Sequence record: SRR2962707_5378
Length of the DNA: 62,176 nucleotides
Strand: one strand, 5' to 3'
Positions within the stretch are counted from its first letter, which is position 1. Every line of letters begins with the position of its first letter. Shown in pieces: positions 20,109 to 30,511 of this stretch. The notes below the pieces were generated by a model, which made no database searches, was not told the DNA's origin, and was given only the letters and a program-made list of their open reading frames with translations. Both the position numbers and the translations under genes were made by a program.

Positions 20109-21248
20109 CTACTCCTCACGACTACTGACGCGCAGCTGAAGCAGCGCGAACACGAACATGATCGCGAACAGGAAAAGGGACATCGCAGCGGCCCGGCCCA
20201 TCTCGCTATCGCGGAATCCGGCCTCGTAGATGTGCCGCACGATGGTTTGAGTGCTGTCGTTTGGTCCGCCGCGGGTCATCAGGTGGGCTTGCCCAAAGAC
20301 CTGGAAATGGGCGATTGTCTGCAAAACCACCACCAGCGTAGTAGTGCGCCGCAACCCCGGCAACGTTATGTGACGGAACAATGCCAGAGGGCCGGCCCCG
20401 TCAAGCCGCGCCGCTTCATACCGCTCTTTGGGTATACCCTGAAGACCGGCAAGAAAGAGGACCATAGCAAAGCCGGTCGACCACCAGACTGTTGCGATCA
20501 CGATTGCAGTCATGGCCAGATTGGGATTGGTCAACCAAACGATGGGCTCATAGCCGAGTGAATCTGCCACTGCGCCCAGCAGTCCCCGATTGGCGTCAAA
20601 CATATACCGCCAAATCAGTGTCACTACGGTCACAGACAAGACATGGGACGCAAAGAAGATGGTTCGAAACACTGTCATCGTCATGGTCGGTCGATTCAGC
20701 GCAATGGCCAGCAATAGCCCCGTGACCGTGACACTTGGTACGGCCATAAAAACGAACACAAAGGTGCCACGGACTGCGGGCCAGAATCGCCTATCGTACC
20801 AGCGCCCGTCCTCTCCAGGGTGGAAACCGATGACAACCCACAAGGCCACCAGCGCTGCCCCGCAGACCAAAGCGAGATTTGGCCTCATGCGGCCAGCATA
20901 AGTTGCATAGGCCACGATGAACCCGGCCAAGATCACTAGCGCCCTTGGTTCCCAGTTGGCGACAGTTGACCAAGTAATGTCTCGGCCCCATAGAAAACGA
21001 ATGTAGTTCTCCAGCCCAATGAATTGCTTCGCATCCGGGTTGAACGCGACGGCAAGCAAATTCCAATCGTGGAGACTGATCCAGAAGCCCTTTAGAAAGG
21101 GGTAGATCAGCAATACGGAATAAACTGCCAGAAATGGTCCTAAGAACAACAAGGCATCAATCATATCCTTGTGCCGCCGCCTCAACGTGAATCGAGGAGC
21201 TGCCTTCCGAAGCCCTGCACTATCGAGCGCTTGTTGCGTGCCACTCAT
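20109..21248 (-). CDS. Carbohydrate ABC permease (MalF-like, with extra TM insert)
   Basis: FIGLENY, FLAGLQGIP.E.YEAARLDGA, MTRGGP; start uncertain. Confidence 0.9.
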   Translation of the reverse strand: MSGTQQALDSAGLRKAAPRFTLRRRHKDMIDALLFLGPFLAVYSVLLIYPFLKGFWISLHDWNLLAVAFNPDAKQFIGLENYIRFLWGRDITWSTVANWEPRALVILAGFIVAYATYAGRMRPNLALVCGAALVALWVVIGFHPGEDGRWYDRRFWPAVRGTFVFVFMAVPSVTVTGLLLAIALNRPTMTMTVFRTIFFASHVLSVTVVTLIWRYMFDANRGLLGAVADSLGYEPIVWLTNPNLAMTAIVIATVWWSTGFAMVLFLAGLQGIPKERYEAARLDGAGPLALFRHITLPGLRRTTTLVVVLQTIAHFQVFGQAHLMTRGGPNDSTQTIVRHIYEAGFRDSEMGRAAAMSLFLFAIMFVFALLQLRVSSREE

Positions 21249-21398
21249 TGGACATACGCGCGGCAAATACCGACCTGTTTTCCGAAGCTGTCATGCACTT
21301 GGATTGCCACCTTTCCCCTCAATCCTTCCGCCTAACCAGTCGCCCGCTATAGATGGATGCTGGCAGGTATCGACTCCCAAACTACAAACACCTGCTGC

Positions 21399-21429
21399 TG
21401 GAAGCGCTTCCATTTTGGAAGCGCTTCCA
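21399..21429. promoter_or_regulatory. Tandem LacI-family operators
   Basis: Perfect palindrome TGGAAGCGCTTCCA twice (21399-21412, 21416-21429) upstream of the GH2 operon; fits TGnAAnCGnTTnCA consensus. Confidence 0.8.
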
Positions 21430-21472
21430 TATAGATGTCTGAGATGAGGATAGTCAATAGTGACGGCCAAAG

Positions 21473-21660
21473 ATGATTAGCGAGCGTCCGGCAAAGATCG
21501 ACGACAGAGCGGTACCAGGCCACTGGGAAAGTGATCTCATTCTCGGTCTTGGCAGTTCGGTGATCGGTACGCTGGTTGAGCGTAAGACACGATTTACAAC
21601 GCTCTTGCATCTGCCGCGCATGGAACGCCACGGGAAGGACAAGTCTGTCCAAAAAGGTCG
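21473..21660 (+). mobile_element. IS30-family transposase fragment
   Basis: ISERPA...[31 protein letters not shown]; both ends missing. Confidence 0.85.
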
Positions 21661-21978
21661 TGTTGCCACATCGAGACCGGCACTGGCATGCGCTGCCGAT
21701 ACAATTCGTTCGAGCCTGCCGATGTCACGGTGATCATGAGATTTTGTAGCCATCGGTTTGTAGGATAACGCCCCCTTCCGACCACCGTAACAGGCACACC
21801 CACGAGAGAGGCTCTCCAAAGCATCTCGGCGTTAGGCGTCAAAATACCAAGTGCGCTTACGGGCTGAATGGCGAGGCTGGCGCCATCAGCAGCTGCGGCT
21901 TTCACAAGCCCGATGGTCGCGACTTGCTGTTGATAGTCGGCATACTGCTCCCGTCCGGCCAAGTGTTGATTGTCGCCA

Positions 21979-22195
21979 GGAACTGACCCGGCGGGGATGC
22001 GGACGAAAACTTGGACTATCAAAGGAGGTAATTCATGTATTCCTACGAAGATGGGATCCGCGCGGTCGAGCTGTATATCAGGCTCGGCAAACGTGTCAGG
22101 GCGACGATTCTGCAGCTGGGTTACCCGACCAAGACTGCGTTAAAGGGCTGGCATCGCGAATACGAAGATCGCCTCGATTTGCCAGTGGGTTTCCC
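21979..22195 (+). mobile_element. IS3-family left end and truncated OrfA
   Basis: IR-like GAACTGACCC.., RBS GGAGG, MYSYED.IRAVELYI.LGKRV.ATI.QLGYPTK.ALKGW.REYE; similarity stops near 22190. Confidence 0.75.
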
Positions 22196-22307
22196 GATAG
22201 ACCATTGCGGAGGAGGCAGGTGGACCATCGTCCTTGGCCACGACAGCAAACTTCCAGCGCTTGGTCCGCAGCGCGCGCCCCGTCTGGCTCTCGCTGATCT
22301 GAACCAT
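22190..22307 (-). pseudogene. Sulfatase C-terminal fragment
   Basis: Manual translation: MVQISESQTGRALRTKRWKFAVVAKDDGPPASSAMVYRE, typical sulfatase C-terminal strand pattern; abuts IS3 remnant. Confidence 0.5.
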
Positions 22308-22597
22308 TATGGAACCATAGCACCCGATATCGGCTCACGTGCTCAAGTCGAAGGTCCGTTTCACGTGGTCATCGTGGTCTGTGCATCCTGCCCAATGCCG
22401 CGGTTCGCGGCATTCCGGGCCGCCCCCTGCAATCGGTGGCCATGGAACTGGGGCAACGTAATTCGGAAACAAGCGTGCTCTTCAGGCGCACCCTGGAGCA
22501 TTACCATCCGATGCGAGCGCTTCTTGACGAATGCGAGGCTATTTTGCGCGGTTTGGCACATCGTGACATAGAAAGGTCCTCCTCCTACGCTTGATTT

Positions 22598-22628
22598 TAT
22601 GTCCAACACAATAAATATGTCCAACATA
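22598..22628. promoter_or_regulatory. Probable FadR/GntR operator pair
   Basis: TATGTCCAACA direct repeat (22598-22608, 22616-22626); second copy is palindromic TATGT-N3-ACATA, directly upstream of the FadR-type gene. Confidence 0.6.
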
Positions 22629-22632
22629 ATGT

Positions 22633-23355
22633 GTGAGGATATTGCCTTTGAGTTTGGGACGCGGGCATGAAACCGTATCTGCCGCCATTGCGCGTCAGAT
22701 CGGCACAGAGATCGTACGTGGTCTTTATTTGCCGGGCGCTATTCTGCCCGGGGAACTGCAGCTTGCCTCACGCTTTGGCACCAGCCGCAACGTTATTCGC
22801 GAAGCCATTCGGGGCCTCGCCAGCAAGGGCTTGATCCAGTCACGAAAGAAGGCTGGCACCAGCATACGCCCGCTTGAGGAATGGCAGGTTCTCGATCCCG
22901 AACTACTTGCCTGGCGCCTGGCATCGGGGCCGGAAATGGGCTTTGCCACTGACCTCCTAGCCCTGAGGGAGGTAATCGAGCCTGCCGCCGCCGCCTTTGC
23001 CGCCGCCCACCAGGACCAGACTGCCATTGCCGCCATCCGCGCGGCTTTTTCCGACATGGTTGCTGCGGGCACGGACCGGGAGCGCTTTGCCAGGCCCGAC
23101 GTGGCCTTCCACAAGGCCATATTGGCTGCATCCGGGAATGAGTTCATGACCGCCTTTGGCGGCATGATCGAAGCAGCACTTGCGGCCTTTATCGGCATTT
23201 CCCTGCGTCATAGCGAGGCCCCGGGGCCCTCGATCCCCATGCATGAGGCCGTGCTGGTCGCCATCGAGGCGGGCGACGCGCCTCGTGCACGCGATGCCAT
23301 GCTGACCCTTTTGTCCCGAACCCGCTCCAACATTGAAAGGGATGCTACACGGTGA
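22633..23355 (+). CDS. FadR/GntR family regulator (DgoR-like)
   Basis: LPGE.QLA.RFGTSR.VIREA, W.VLDPELLAW, FCD domain D..FH..I..ASGN. Confidence 0.92.
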   Translation: MRILPLSLGRGHETVSAAIARQIGTEIVRGLYLPGAILPGELQLASRFGTSRNVIREAIRGLASKGLIQSRKKAGTSIRPLEEWQVLDPELLAWRLASGPEMGFATDLLALREVIEPAAAAFAAAHQDQTAIAAIRAAFSDMVAAGTDRERFARPDVAFHKAILAASGNEFMTAFGGMIEAALAAFIGISLRHSEAPGPSIPMHEAVLVAIEAGDAPRARDAMLTLLSRTRSNIERDATR

Positions 23356-24785
23356 GTACAACCCGCCCCCACATCGTCCTGGTCATGACAGACCAGCAAC
23401 GCTTCGACACAATCAGGGCCCTCGGCGCGGGGCATATGGACACCCCTAATCTCGACCGGCTGGTGCGCGAGGGCGTGAGTTTTGACAATTGCTTCGTCAA
23501 TGCGCCCAGTTGCGTGCCGAGCAGAGCGGCCCTGTTCTCCGGGCACAGCCCGCACACGTCCGGCGTGTTGCGGAACGGCCAGAAATGGAACCGCACCTGG
23601 GTGGAACAGTTGGCTACCTCCGGCTACCACTGCGTCAATGTCGGCAAGATGCATACTATCCCCTATGACGCCCCTGCCGGCTTTCACGAGCGCTTCGTGG
23701 TCGAGAACAAGGACCGCTTCTTCGAGGGACGCTGGTATGCCGACGAATGGGACAAATCCCTGGTGCACCAGGGGGTCACCAAGCCCTCGCGCGCCGGCTA
23801 TCGCGCCCTGCCCGACTACAAGGACCGCTTGGGTGCATTCGACTGGCCCCTGGAGGACCATCAGCACGCCGATGTCTTTGTGGCCGAAACGGCGATGTGG
23901 TGGCTCGAAACCCGGCCCAAGCCCGACGCGCTATTCATGCAGGTGGGGTTTGTCGGCCCTCATCCGCCCTACGACCCCCCAGCCCGCTATACAGAGGCCT
24001 ATCTCGACAAGGTCGACCTTCCGGTTCCGCAGGCCAGCGCCGAGGAGCTCGACAAGCTGCCCGCCTCGCTCAAGGCCAAGCGCGAACACGATGTCGAGGT
24101 GGATCACGATGCCGTCTCCTGGTTGCTCGACCCCTCACCGGATCAACTGCGCCGCCTGCGCGCCCATTACGATGGCAATGTCACGCTGATCGACGAGCAG
24201 ATCGGCCGCCTGGTCGCAACGCTGGAGCGGCGGGGCTATCTCGAGGATTGCGTGGTGATCTTCATGTCCGACCACGGCGACAATCTGGGGGAGCATGGCC
24301 TTTCCCAGAAGTGGTCGATGTATGACATGGTGACCCGCGTGCCGGCCATCGTCTGGGCGCCCGGCCGCTTTCGCGGCGGCCGCAGACTAAAGCAGATGTG
24401 CCAATTGTTCGATTTCGGCCCTACCATACTCGAACTGGCGGGGATCACCCCGGATGCCGACTTGGAGGCACAGAGTCTGTTGCCCGCCCTTCGCGACGAA
24501 GACTGGCCGGGCCGCCCTGCCGTTTATTGCGAACAGGTGGGCGATGTGGCCATGGCGAATACCAAGCTGATCACCATGATCCGCACGGAGACCGACAAGG
24601 CAGTATTTTTCCTCGGCGCCTCGGACGGACAATATTTCGACCTTGAGAGCGACCCCGAGGAGATACGCAATCTCTGGAGCGAACCCCGCGCCCAGGCGCG
24701 GATCGTCGAATTGCGAGAACAGTTGCTGGAGTGGAAGCTGGAGAGCACGGTCCAAACCATGGACCGGGCGGTAGCTATCCGCTGA
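23352..24785 (+). CDS. Cys-type sulfatase (cytoplasmic)
   Basis: VMTDQQR, TPNLDRL, CxPxR motif CVPSRA, GKMH, PHPPY, SDHGD, DL..DP.E..NL. Confidence 0.93.
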   Translation: MSTTRPHIVLVMTDQQRFDTIRALGAGHMDTPNLDRLVREGVSFDNCFVNAPSCVPSRAALFSGHSPHTSGVLRNGQKWNRTWVEQLATSGYHCVNVGKMHTIPYDAPAGFHERFVVENKDRFFEGRWYADEWDKSLVHQGVTKPSRAGYRALPDYKDRLGAFDWPLEDHQHADVFVAETAMWWLETRPKPDALFMQVGFVGPHPPYDPPARYTEAYLDKVDLPVPQASAEELDKLPASLKAKREHDVEVDHDAVSWLLDPSPDQLRRLRAHYDGNVTLIDEQIGRLVATLERRGYLEDCVVIFMSDHGDNLGEHGLSQKWSMYDMVTRVPAIVWAPGRFRGGRRLKQMCQLFDFGPTILELAGITPDADLEAQSLLPALRDEDWPGRPAVYCEQVGDVAMANTKLITMIRTETDKAVFFLGASDGQYFDLESDPEEIRNLWSEPRAQARIVELREQLLEWKLESTVQTMDRAVAIR

Positions 24786-24792
24786 ACCGTGT

Positions 24793-24826
24793 GGGGCCGG
24801 CAGATCGATCGGTCGGCCCCTTTTTT
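24793..24826 (+). terminator. Rho-independent terminator
   Basis: GGGGCCG...CGGCCCC stem followed by TTTTTT, just after the sulfatase stop. Confidence 0.7.
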
Positions 24827-25470
24827 CAGGCGCCGGCGATGCGCGGCATCCGGGTCCGCTCGGACGTCATGATGGCCTGCACCATGGCCTAAAGCATGTG
24901 CGTCTTGAGCGGTTGCGCGTCCGGATCGTCCCAGAGATTGCGCACTTCGCCGGGATCGTTGGCTAGATCGAACAATTCCCCGTAATCGGCCTCGCGATAG
25001 ACGCTGATCTTGTGGTCGCTGTCGATATAGGTCTCGACATGGGGCATGCGTGGATTGTGCCGGTTCTCGCACAGCACGAAATCCTGGGCCGCCGCGCCGC
25101 CCTGCCAGTTGGCCCATTGTGAGACGCCCTGTATTTCCCCGCGGATCTTGAGGCCGGCGAAATCGAGAAAGGTCGGCGCTAGGTCGACCAAACTTTGCAG
25201 GTCCTCTGACACGGCACCGGCCGGCACCTTGCCGGGTAGGCGCACGATCATGGGAATGCGCAGCATGTCCTCGTAATGGAACGTTCCCTTGGCGATCAGC
25301 CCGTGCTGTCCCAGGAAATGGCCATGGTCGGGGCGATAGGCCCTTTCGAACCGCGTGCCCTCGCTGCATCGCCGATCGAGATTGGGAGTCTTGAGTCTGG
25401 AATCCTTGACGCCAAGCGCGTCGAAATGCTGCTTATCGGTGGTGATCAGGACGATGTTCGGTGCAGTCAT
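24826..25470 (-). pseudogene. Sulfatase pseudogene with large internal deletion and 3' frameshift
   Basis: PNIVLITTD..TPNLDR..GTRFERAY is fused directly to DHGHFLGQHGL; CxPxR core absent; tail QAIMTSERTRMPRIAGA is in another frame. Confidence 0.85.
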
Positions 25471-25907
25471 TTTATCCTCCTGCCGCAAGACTACCGCAGC
25501 CAGCGATAAAACAGTCATCGAAAAGTGATCCCCTACGATACAGATTCGCGATCGCTATGGAGCCTCACGCGCTAGCAGCGGTAGTCCGGTGCGACAGCTG
25601 TGAGCTGACGTCCGGTCGAGGCGGCAGGAACTGAATGGAATTGCGTTCGACCGGCGGACAATCCACCTTTGCGATACGGAAGGCCGAGCCGCCCCTCACC
25701 GACTGATCAGGCCATCTGGGTGATTTCGTCACAACTCCAGACGCGACCTGCCAAAATAGAGCAAAGCTGGCGGGGAAAGAGGGGCACCTCTGCCTCTGCC
25801 GGCATCACAAACCCGAAAAGGTTCTTTTTGCGACCGCACGAACGGAGTTTCACTGTTGTCCCAGAGACCATACTACCGCTAGTTTGGGTCTTAACAGATG
25901 CCGCTGC

Positions 25908-26819
25908 TTAGCTGAGCCAATCCAGTTCCTTTTCCAGAAACTGCTCAAAAGATGGATCTAGGCGTGTAGGTCCGGGAACCCGTGTTCCGCCTGGCTCGTA
26001 TCCGGTTTGCCACTGGTATACACGCTTCCCAGCCAATAGTTGATGCTCCACGCCGCCGACCTCCCGGATCAGCTGAATGAGAGTGAGAAGTCTACCGTGA
26101 AGTCTCATCGCCTCCCGAACTTCATCAGGATTGCCTTTCAGGAGCTGCTCAAGCTTCACGTGCTCATGCACAAAAGTTGGCGCAGGAATAAAGCCGTGTG
26201 CTCCATTCGCAGCAAAGTAAGGGTACTCAGCGCCCCAGTTGCCCGTCATTACCCGGAACCTTTCGCCGTGCTCCCTAGCGAATCGAGCGACATCGGTCAG
26301 TCCGGTTTCCGCCTTGCAAAGTAGTACGTTCGGATTCCGGTCTTGCAGGCGCAGCAACTGCTCGATGGTGAGAGTCGTGCCAGCGATCGCGGCATTCTGC
26401 ACCGCAACAGGAAGGCTGGTCTTGTTGGCCAAGTATCCTATCATTTCCAGCCACCATTCGGCCGTGACGGCGGGACCGATCGGGGGCTGGATGATGAGCC
26501 AGTCCGCTCCCGACTTTTCGGCCGCCCTGCATAGAGTCAGCTGCGCCTCCAGGGTAGGTTCCATTACCGTGACCCCCAGTTGCGCGCGACCGCTCAGCGC
26601 GGCCGAAGTCCAATCAAGAATTTGGAGCTTTTCAGCAAGCGTCAGTTTGTAGAATTGGGTTACGAACCCGAAGAGTACGACGCCGGGAGTCCCGGCCGAC
26701 AGGCAATGGGCGACCTGATGCTCGAATCCATCCTCACGAATTCGACCCTCTTGATCGAAAAAGGTGAACAGGACGGGGTGAACGCCGCCGATTGAGCGCG
26801 CTGCGGAATGTGGGCTCAT
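25908..26819 (-). CDS. DHDPS/NAL superfamily protein (KDA-dehydratase-like signature)
   Basis: GVHPVLFTFFD, PVAVQNA (Gln instead of Tyr), Schiff-base CKAET. Confidence 0.8.
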   Translation of the reverse strand: MSPHSAARSIGGVHPVLFTFFDQEGRIREDGFEHQVAHCLSAGTPGVVLFGFVTQFYKLTLAEKLQILDWTSAALSGRAQLGVTVMEPTLEAQLTLCRAAEKSGADWLIIQPPIGPAVTAEWWLEMIGYLANKTSLPVAVQNAAIAGTTLTIEQLLRLQDRNPNVLLCKAETGLTDVARFAREHGERFRVMTGNWGAEYPYFAANGAHGFIPAPTFVHEHVKLEQLLKGNPDEVREAMRLHGRLLTLIQLIREVGGVEHQLLAGKRVYQWQTGYEPGGTRVPGPTRLDPSFEQFLEKELDWLS

Positions 26820-28534
26820 GTTGTTGCTTCCAGTTCGAATCCACGACTTGCGCCACGAGAGGCCAGTGGGGCATCCCAACCCTCTCTATTGATCGCAGCA
26901 TTGCGCCATTCGTCGCCAGGCTCGGGCCAAGGTATAGAAGCCACTAAGCTCTGCGTATAAGGGTGTTCTGGACGTTCGATCACTGGCTCAGGCGGACCGG
27001 CCTCGACGACCCTGCCCTTGTGCAGCACCATCACGAAGTCGGAAACGTGGTACGCGGTTGCGAGGTCATGTGTGATGTAGATGATCGAAATTCCGTGCTT
27101 GTCCCGGAGGTCGCGCAAGTTCTTGAGAATGGTCATTCTGAGTGAGGCATCGACCATGCTCACCGGCTCGTCGGCGACAAGAAGCTTGGGACGCAATAGC
27201 AGGGCCCGAGCAACCATGAGGCGCTGGCGCTGACCACCCGAAAGTTCATGCGGAAATCGGCCCAGTACTTCCTTTGCGTCCAACCCTACCGAGTCGCATG
27301 CTTCCTCCATGCGGGCATAGATGTCGCGGTTGCTGGACGCTTCTCCAAAACGCCTAAGGGGAGCAGCAAGTGCCCGGTCGACTTTGTAGAATGGATTGAA
27401 GGAACCATATGGGTCCTGAAAAATCGCCTGAACATCCTTTCTGAATCCGTGGTGATCAGCGCCGCGCATGGAAGATAGGGCGCGCCCCGCAATTCGGATG
27501 ACCCCAGAACTGGGCGTCTCGAGCCCAAGGATCATTCGAGCCATTGTGGTCTTCCCGCTGCCGGACTGACCAACCACTGAGACGATCTGCGGCGCCTCGG
27601 CACTCAGTTCAAAACTGGTAGGGTGCAGCGCCTGAACAGCATCACCACCGAACACACTACCTCCGAAGACCTTGCTCACCTTGTCAAAAGCCAGAAGTGG
27701 CACCGCGGGCTGCGAGGTTGCACGCTCCGGAACAACGGAATCCTCGCGCCCGCCAAGGCGAGGAACGCTATCGATCAGTTGCTTGGAATACGCATGCTTC
27801 GGCGCGCGGAAGATCGACTGAACAGGAGCGTCCTCCGCAATGATCCCGTCGCGCATCACCACGACACGATGGGTGGCCTGAGCCATCAAGCCCATATCAT
27901 GGCCAATGAGGATAAGGCCGCATCCGACCTTTTCCTGAGCCTCGATCAGTGTCGCCATCACTGTCTTCTGCGTGATGACGTCCAGGGCTGAAGTGGGCTC
28001 ATCCGCGATGATGAGCTGTGGCTGCATGACGATGCCGATTGCAATGCACACTCGCTGCTTCATGCCGCCCGAGAGTTGGTGCGGGTATTTATTGCGGACC
28101 TCCGGGTCCAAGCCGACACTGACAAGCACCTCCAAAATCCGTGATCGCAACTTGTCGGAGGAGAGACGTTCGCCGTGATCAGCAAGACCGTCAGCGATCT
28201 GCTGGCCGATGGTCATTACCGGATTGAGACTGTTCATAGCCCCTTGGGGAATATACGAAACACGGCTCAGTCGGGCAGCCCGAACATCATCGCCCCGCAA
28301 AGCCAGCAGATCTTGCCCGCCTAACTGCGCGGTCCCGGTCACGATGCGACCAGGGGGATCGATCATCTGCATCAACGCAAGCGCCGTCGTGGTCTTCCCC
28401 GAGCCGGACTCACCGACCAGAGCCACGCGCTCGCCGCTTGCAACCGAGAACGAAGCATCACGGACCGCCCGGATGATGCGGGTCGCTGTCTGAAACTCGA
28501 CGGCGAGATTCTTGACGATAAGTTCAGCCATCAT
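26816..28534 (-). CDS. Opp-type ABC ATPase, fused double domain
   Basis: Two Walker A (GESGSGKT, GQSGSGKT) and two LSGG signatures; ATGA overlap with upstream gene. Confidence 0.93.
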   Translation of the reverse strand: MMAELIVKNLAVEFQTATRIIRAVRDASFSVASGERVALVGESGSGKTTTALALMQMIDPPGRIVTGTAQLGGQDLLALRGDDVRAARLSRVSYIPQGAMNSLNPVMTIGQQIADGLADHGERLSSDKLRSRILEVLVSVGLDPEVRNKYPHQLSGGMKQRVCIAIGIVMQPQLIIADEPTSALDVITQKTVMATLIEAQEKVGCGLILIGHDMGLMAQATHRVVVMRDGIIAEDAPVQSIFRAPKHAYSKQLIDSVPRLGGREDSVVPERATSQPAVPLLAFDKVSKVFGGSVFGGDAVQALHPTSFELSAEAPQIVSVVGQSGSGKTTMARMILGLETPSSGVIRIAGRALSSMRGADHHGFRKDVQAIFQDPYGSFNPFYKVDRALAAPLRRFGEASSNRDIYARMEEACDSVGLDAKEVLGRFPHELSGGQRQRLMVARALLLRPKLLVADEPVSMVDASLRMTILKNLRDLRDKHGISIIYITHDLATAYHVSDFVMVLHKGRVVEAGPPEPVIERPEHPYTQSLVASIPWPEPGDEWRNAAINREGWDAPLASRGASRGFELEATT

Positions 28535-29460
28535 GCCCTCCGGCGCAGGCGTGGGTTGGACAATTCGTCCAGTCCCGCGTTGACGAGATAGAGGCTGACG
28601 AAAAGGACGATCAGCACGATGACTGGCGGCAGAATCCACCACCACATCCCTAGTAGGAAAGCGGAGAACCGCATGATCCAGAAAACGGTCATGCCCAAAG
28701 TCGGCTCGTTCTGGGGACCAAGTCCCATTGCCTCCAAACCGATTGACGCCAAGATCGCTGCCGAGAGAGCTACGATGAAATTGGACAGGAGGTAGGGCAG
28801 CAGGTTCGGCGCGATCTCGGCAAATATGATCGTGAGCGGCTTTGCTCCTGACAATTTTGCCATCTCGACATACCCCGCATTTCGCATCACTGCGATCTGC
28901 GAACGGATTTGCCGGGCCGGCCGACGCCAGGCGAGCGATGCGATGATCAGCGCCATGCCATAGCTATCAAGACCCGTCTGCACGAGCGAAGAAATGATCA
29001 CGAGGAACAGAATGGCCGGAACAGTCAGGAGCACGTCGGTGATCCAGGTTATCGTGCGATCGATCCAACCGCCGAAATAGCCCGCGACGAAACCCAGCGC
29101 GCTGCCGAGAACGATGCCGATGAAGCCGGCAATCAATCCCGTCCGAATGGTGAGCCATGACCCTACGACTATGACTGCGAGGACATTTCGCCCCTGCGGG
29201 TCGGTACCAAACGGGTACGCCTGCGACGGAGGCTGGCTCGCTGGGCCTGACAACGGCACAGCCTGACTAACGTCAATCACAAGCCGGCCAACGGTCATGA
29301 AAGCGATCAAAGCTGCAATCAGTGAAAGCCCCAATACGAGCTGCGGATTTCGCAGCAGGTAACGGCCCACTTCCAACCAGAAACCGCGCCAAGTGCCCCA
29401 CTCGGCCTCAGACGCAATGACAACCGATCGAGAACTCTTGTTCGTATCTGCATTTGACAT
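28531..29460 (-). CDS. Opp-type ABC permease (C)
   Basis: PFGTDPQGR, YVEMAKLSGA, GLGPQNEPTLG, WWW..PP. Confidence 0.92.
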   Translation of the reverse strand: MSNADTNKSSRSVVIASEAEWGTWRGFWLEVGRYLLRNPQLVLGLSLIAALIAFMTVGRLVIDVSQAVPLSGPASQPPSQAYPFGTDPQGRNVLAVIVVGSWLTIRTGLIAGFIGIVLGSALGFVAGYFGGWIDRTITWITDVLLTVPAILFLVIISSLVQTGLDSYGMALIIASLAWRRPARQIRSQIAVMRNAGYVEMAKLSGAKPLTIIFAEIAPNLLPYLLSNFIVALSAAILASIGLEAMGLGPQNEPTLGMTVFWIMRFSAFLLGMWWWILPPVIVLIVLFVSLYLVNAGLDELSNPRLRRRA

Positions 29461-29462
29461 GC

Positions 29463-30464
29463 TCAGCCCTCCGTGCGCGTGCGCGGGTCGATAAGGGGGT
29501 AAAGCAAGTCGATGATGAGCATCGAAATGCCGATGGTGACGATGAGCATGAAGACGATGCCGTTTATGGTCGGGAAGTCGAACAGGGTGATGGCCTCAAG
29601 GAGTAGGTTGCCCATACCCGGGTAGCTGAAGACGACCTCAACCAGGACTGCGCCTGTCACCAACTGGCCAAAGAACAAGGCCAAGGCGGTGACCTGCGGG
29701 AGGATCGCGTTGCGAACGCCGTATCGCAGGAAGATACGCCAAGGCTTGAGCCCTTTGGCGCGGGCGAATGTCATGTAGTCCTCGCCCTGCACGGTGACCA
29801 TCATGCCGCGCATGCCGATCGCCCAGATGCCGATAGAGGCCACGATGATCGACATCGCGGGCAGCACAGCGTGATAGGCGACTTCCCCAGCGAACTCCCA
29901 CGACCAGCCCGGTACCGAGAAGAGGGAATATCCTCCAGACAACGGAAACCAACCCAGATTGGCCGCGAAAACATAAATGAGCACGAGGCCGATGAGATAG
30001 AATGGGATGGCCGAGAGAACCATGAGTACGGACGACACCGATTGCATCAGGACGGACTGACGCATCCAAGCTGCCAACGCACCGATCAGGGTACCAAGCA
30101 CGAAAGAGATCAGGGTGGTTGTCACCATAAGGCCCAGCGTCCAGGGGAGCGCGGCGCCGATCAGAGTACTTACCTTTGCCGGGTAAGACGCAATGGAGGT
30201 GCCAAAGTCCAGTGTCGCGATATCGATAAGGTAGTCGACGTAGCGATCCCAGAGAGGTCGATCGAGGCCAAAACGCTCATTGAAGGCTTCAGTCAGCTCC
30301 GCAATTCGAGCCGGCGAAACTCCGGACGTGGCCGCAAGCTGAGTGAGCTTCTCGGCGATCGGGTTCTTTGGCGCGATTTGCGGCAGAAAGAAATTGAGGG
30401 TCGCCGCGGCCCAAATGACGGAGAGCAGCATGACCACCCTGCGCGCCAGTCGTTTCATATACAT
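29463..30464 (-). CDS. Opp-type ABC permease (B)
   Basis: FGLDRPL, EDYMTFARAKGL, RNAILPQ, EVVFSYPGMG. Confidence 0.92.
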   Translation of the reverse strand: MYMKRLARRVVMLLSVIWAAATLNFFLPQIAPKNPIAEKLTQLAATSGVSPARIAELTEAFNERFGLDRPLWDRYVDYLIDIATLDFGTSIASYPAKVSTLIGAALPWTLGLMVTTTLISFVLGTLIGALAAWMRQSVLMQSVSSVLMVLSAIPFYLIGLVLIYVFAANLGWFPLSGGYSLFSVPGWSWEFAGEVAYHAVLPAMSIIVASIGIWAIGMRGMMVTVQGEDYMTFARAKGLKPWRIFLRYGVRNAILPQVTALALFFGQLVTGAVLVEVVFSYPGMGNLLLEAITLFDFPTINGIVFMLIVTIGISMLIIDLLYPLIDPRTRTEG

Positions 30465-30480
30465 GGGATCACCAGGATGC

Positions 30481-30500
30481 GGGGGCCCGCAAGGGCCCCC
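30481..30500 (-). terminator. Stem-loop after SBP gene
   Basis: GGGGGCCC-GCAA-GGGCCCCC perfect 8-bp stem. Confidence 0.6.
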
Positions 30501-30511
30501 TCCTTATTGGA

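Noticed and set aside
21594-22022. 142-aa minus-strand ORF with faint KpsS/GT-B-like stretch (GVPVTVVGRGRY)
   Set aside because: Spans IS remnant junctions and similarity is too weak to call
22361-22627. 88-aa minus-strand ORF divergent from the FadR-type gene
   Set aside because: No recognisable family; the RBS-linked ATG at 22569 closes after about 22 codons, so probably decayed sequence
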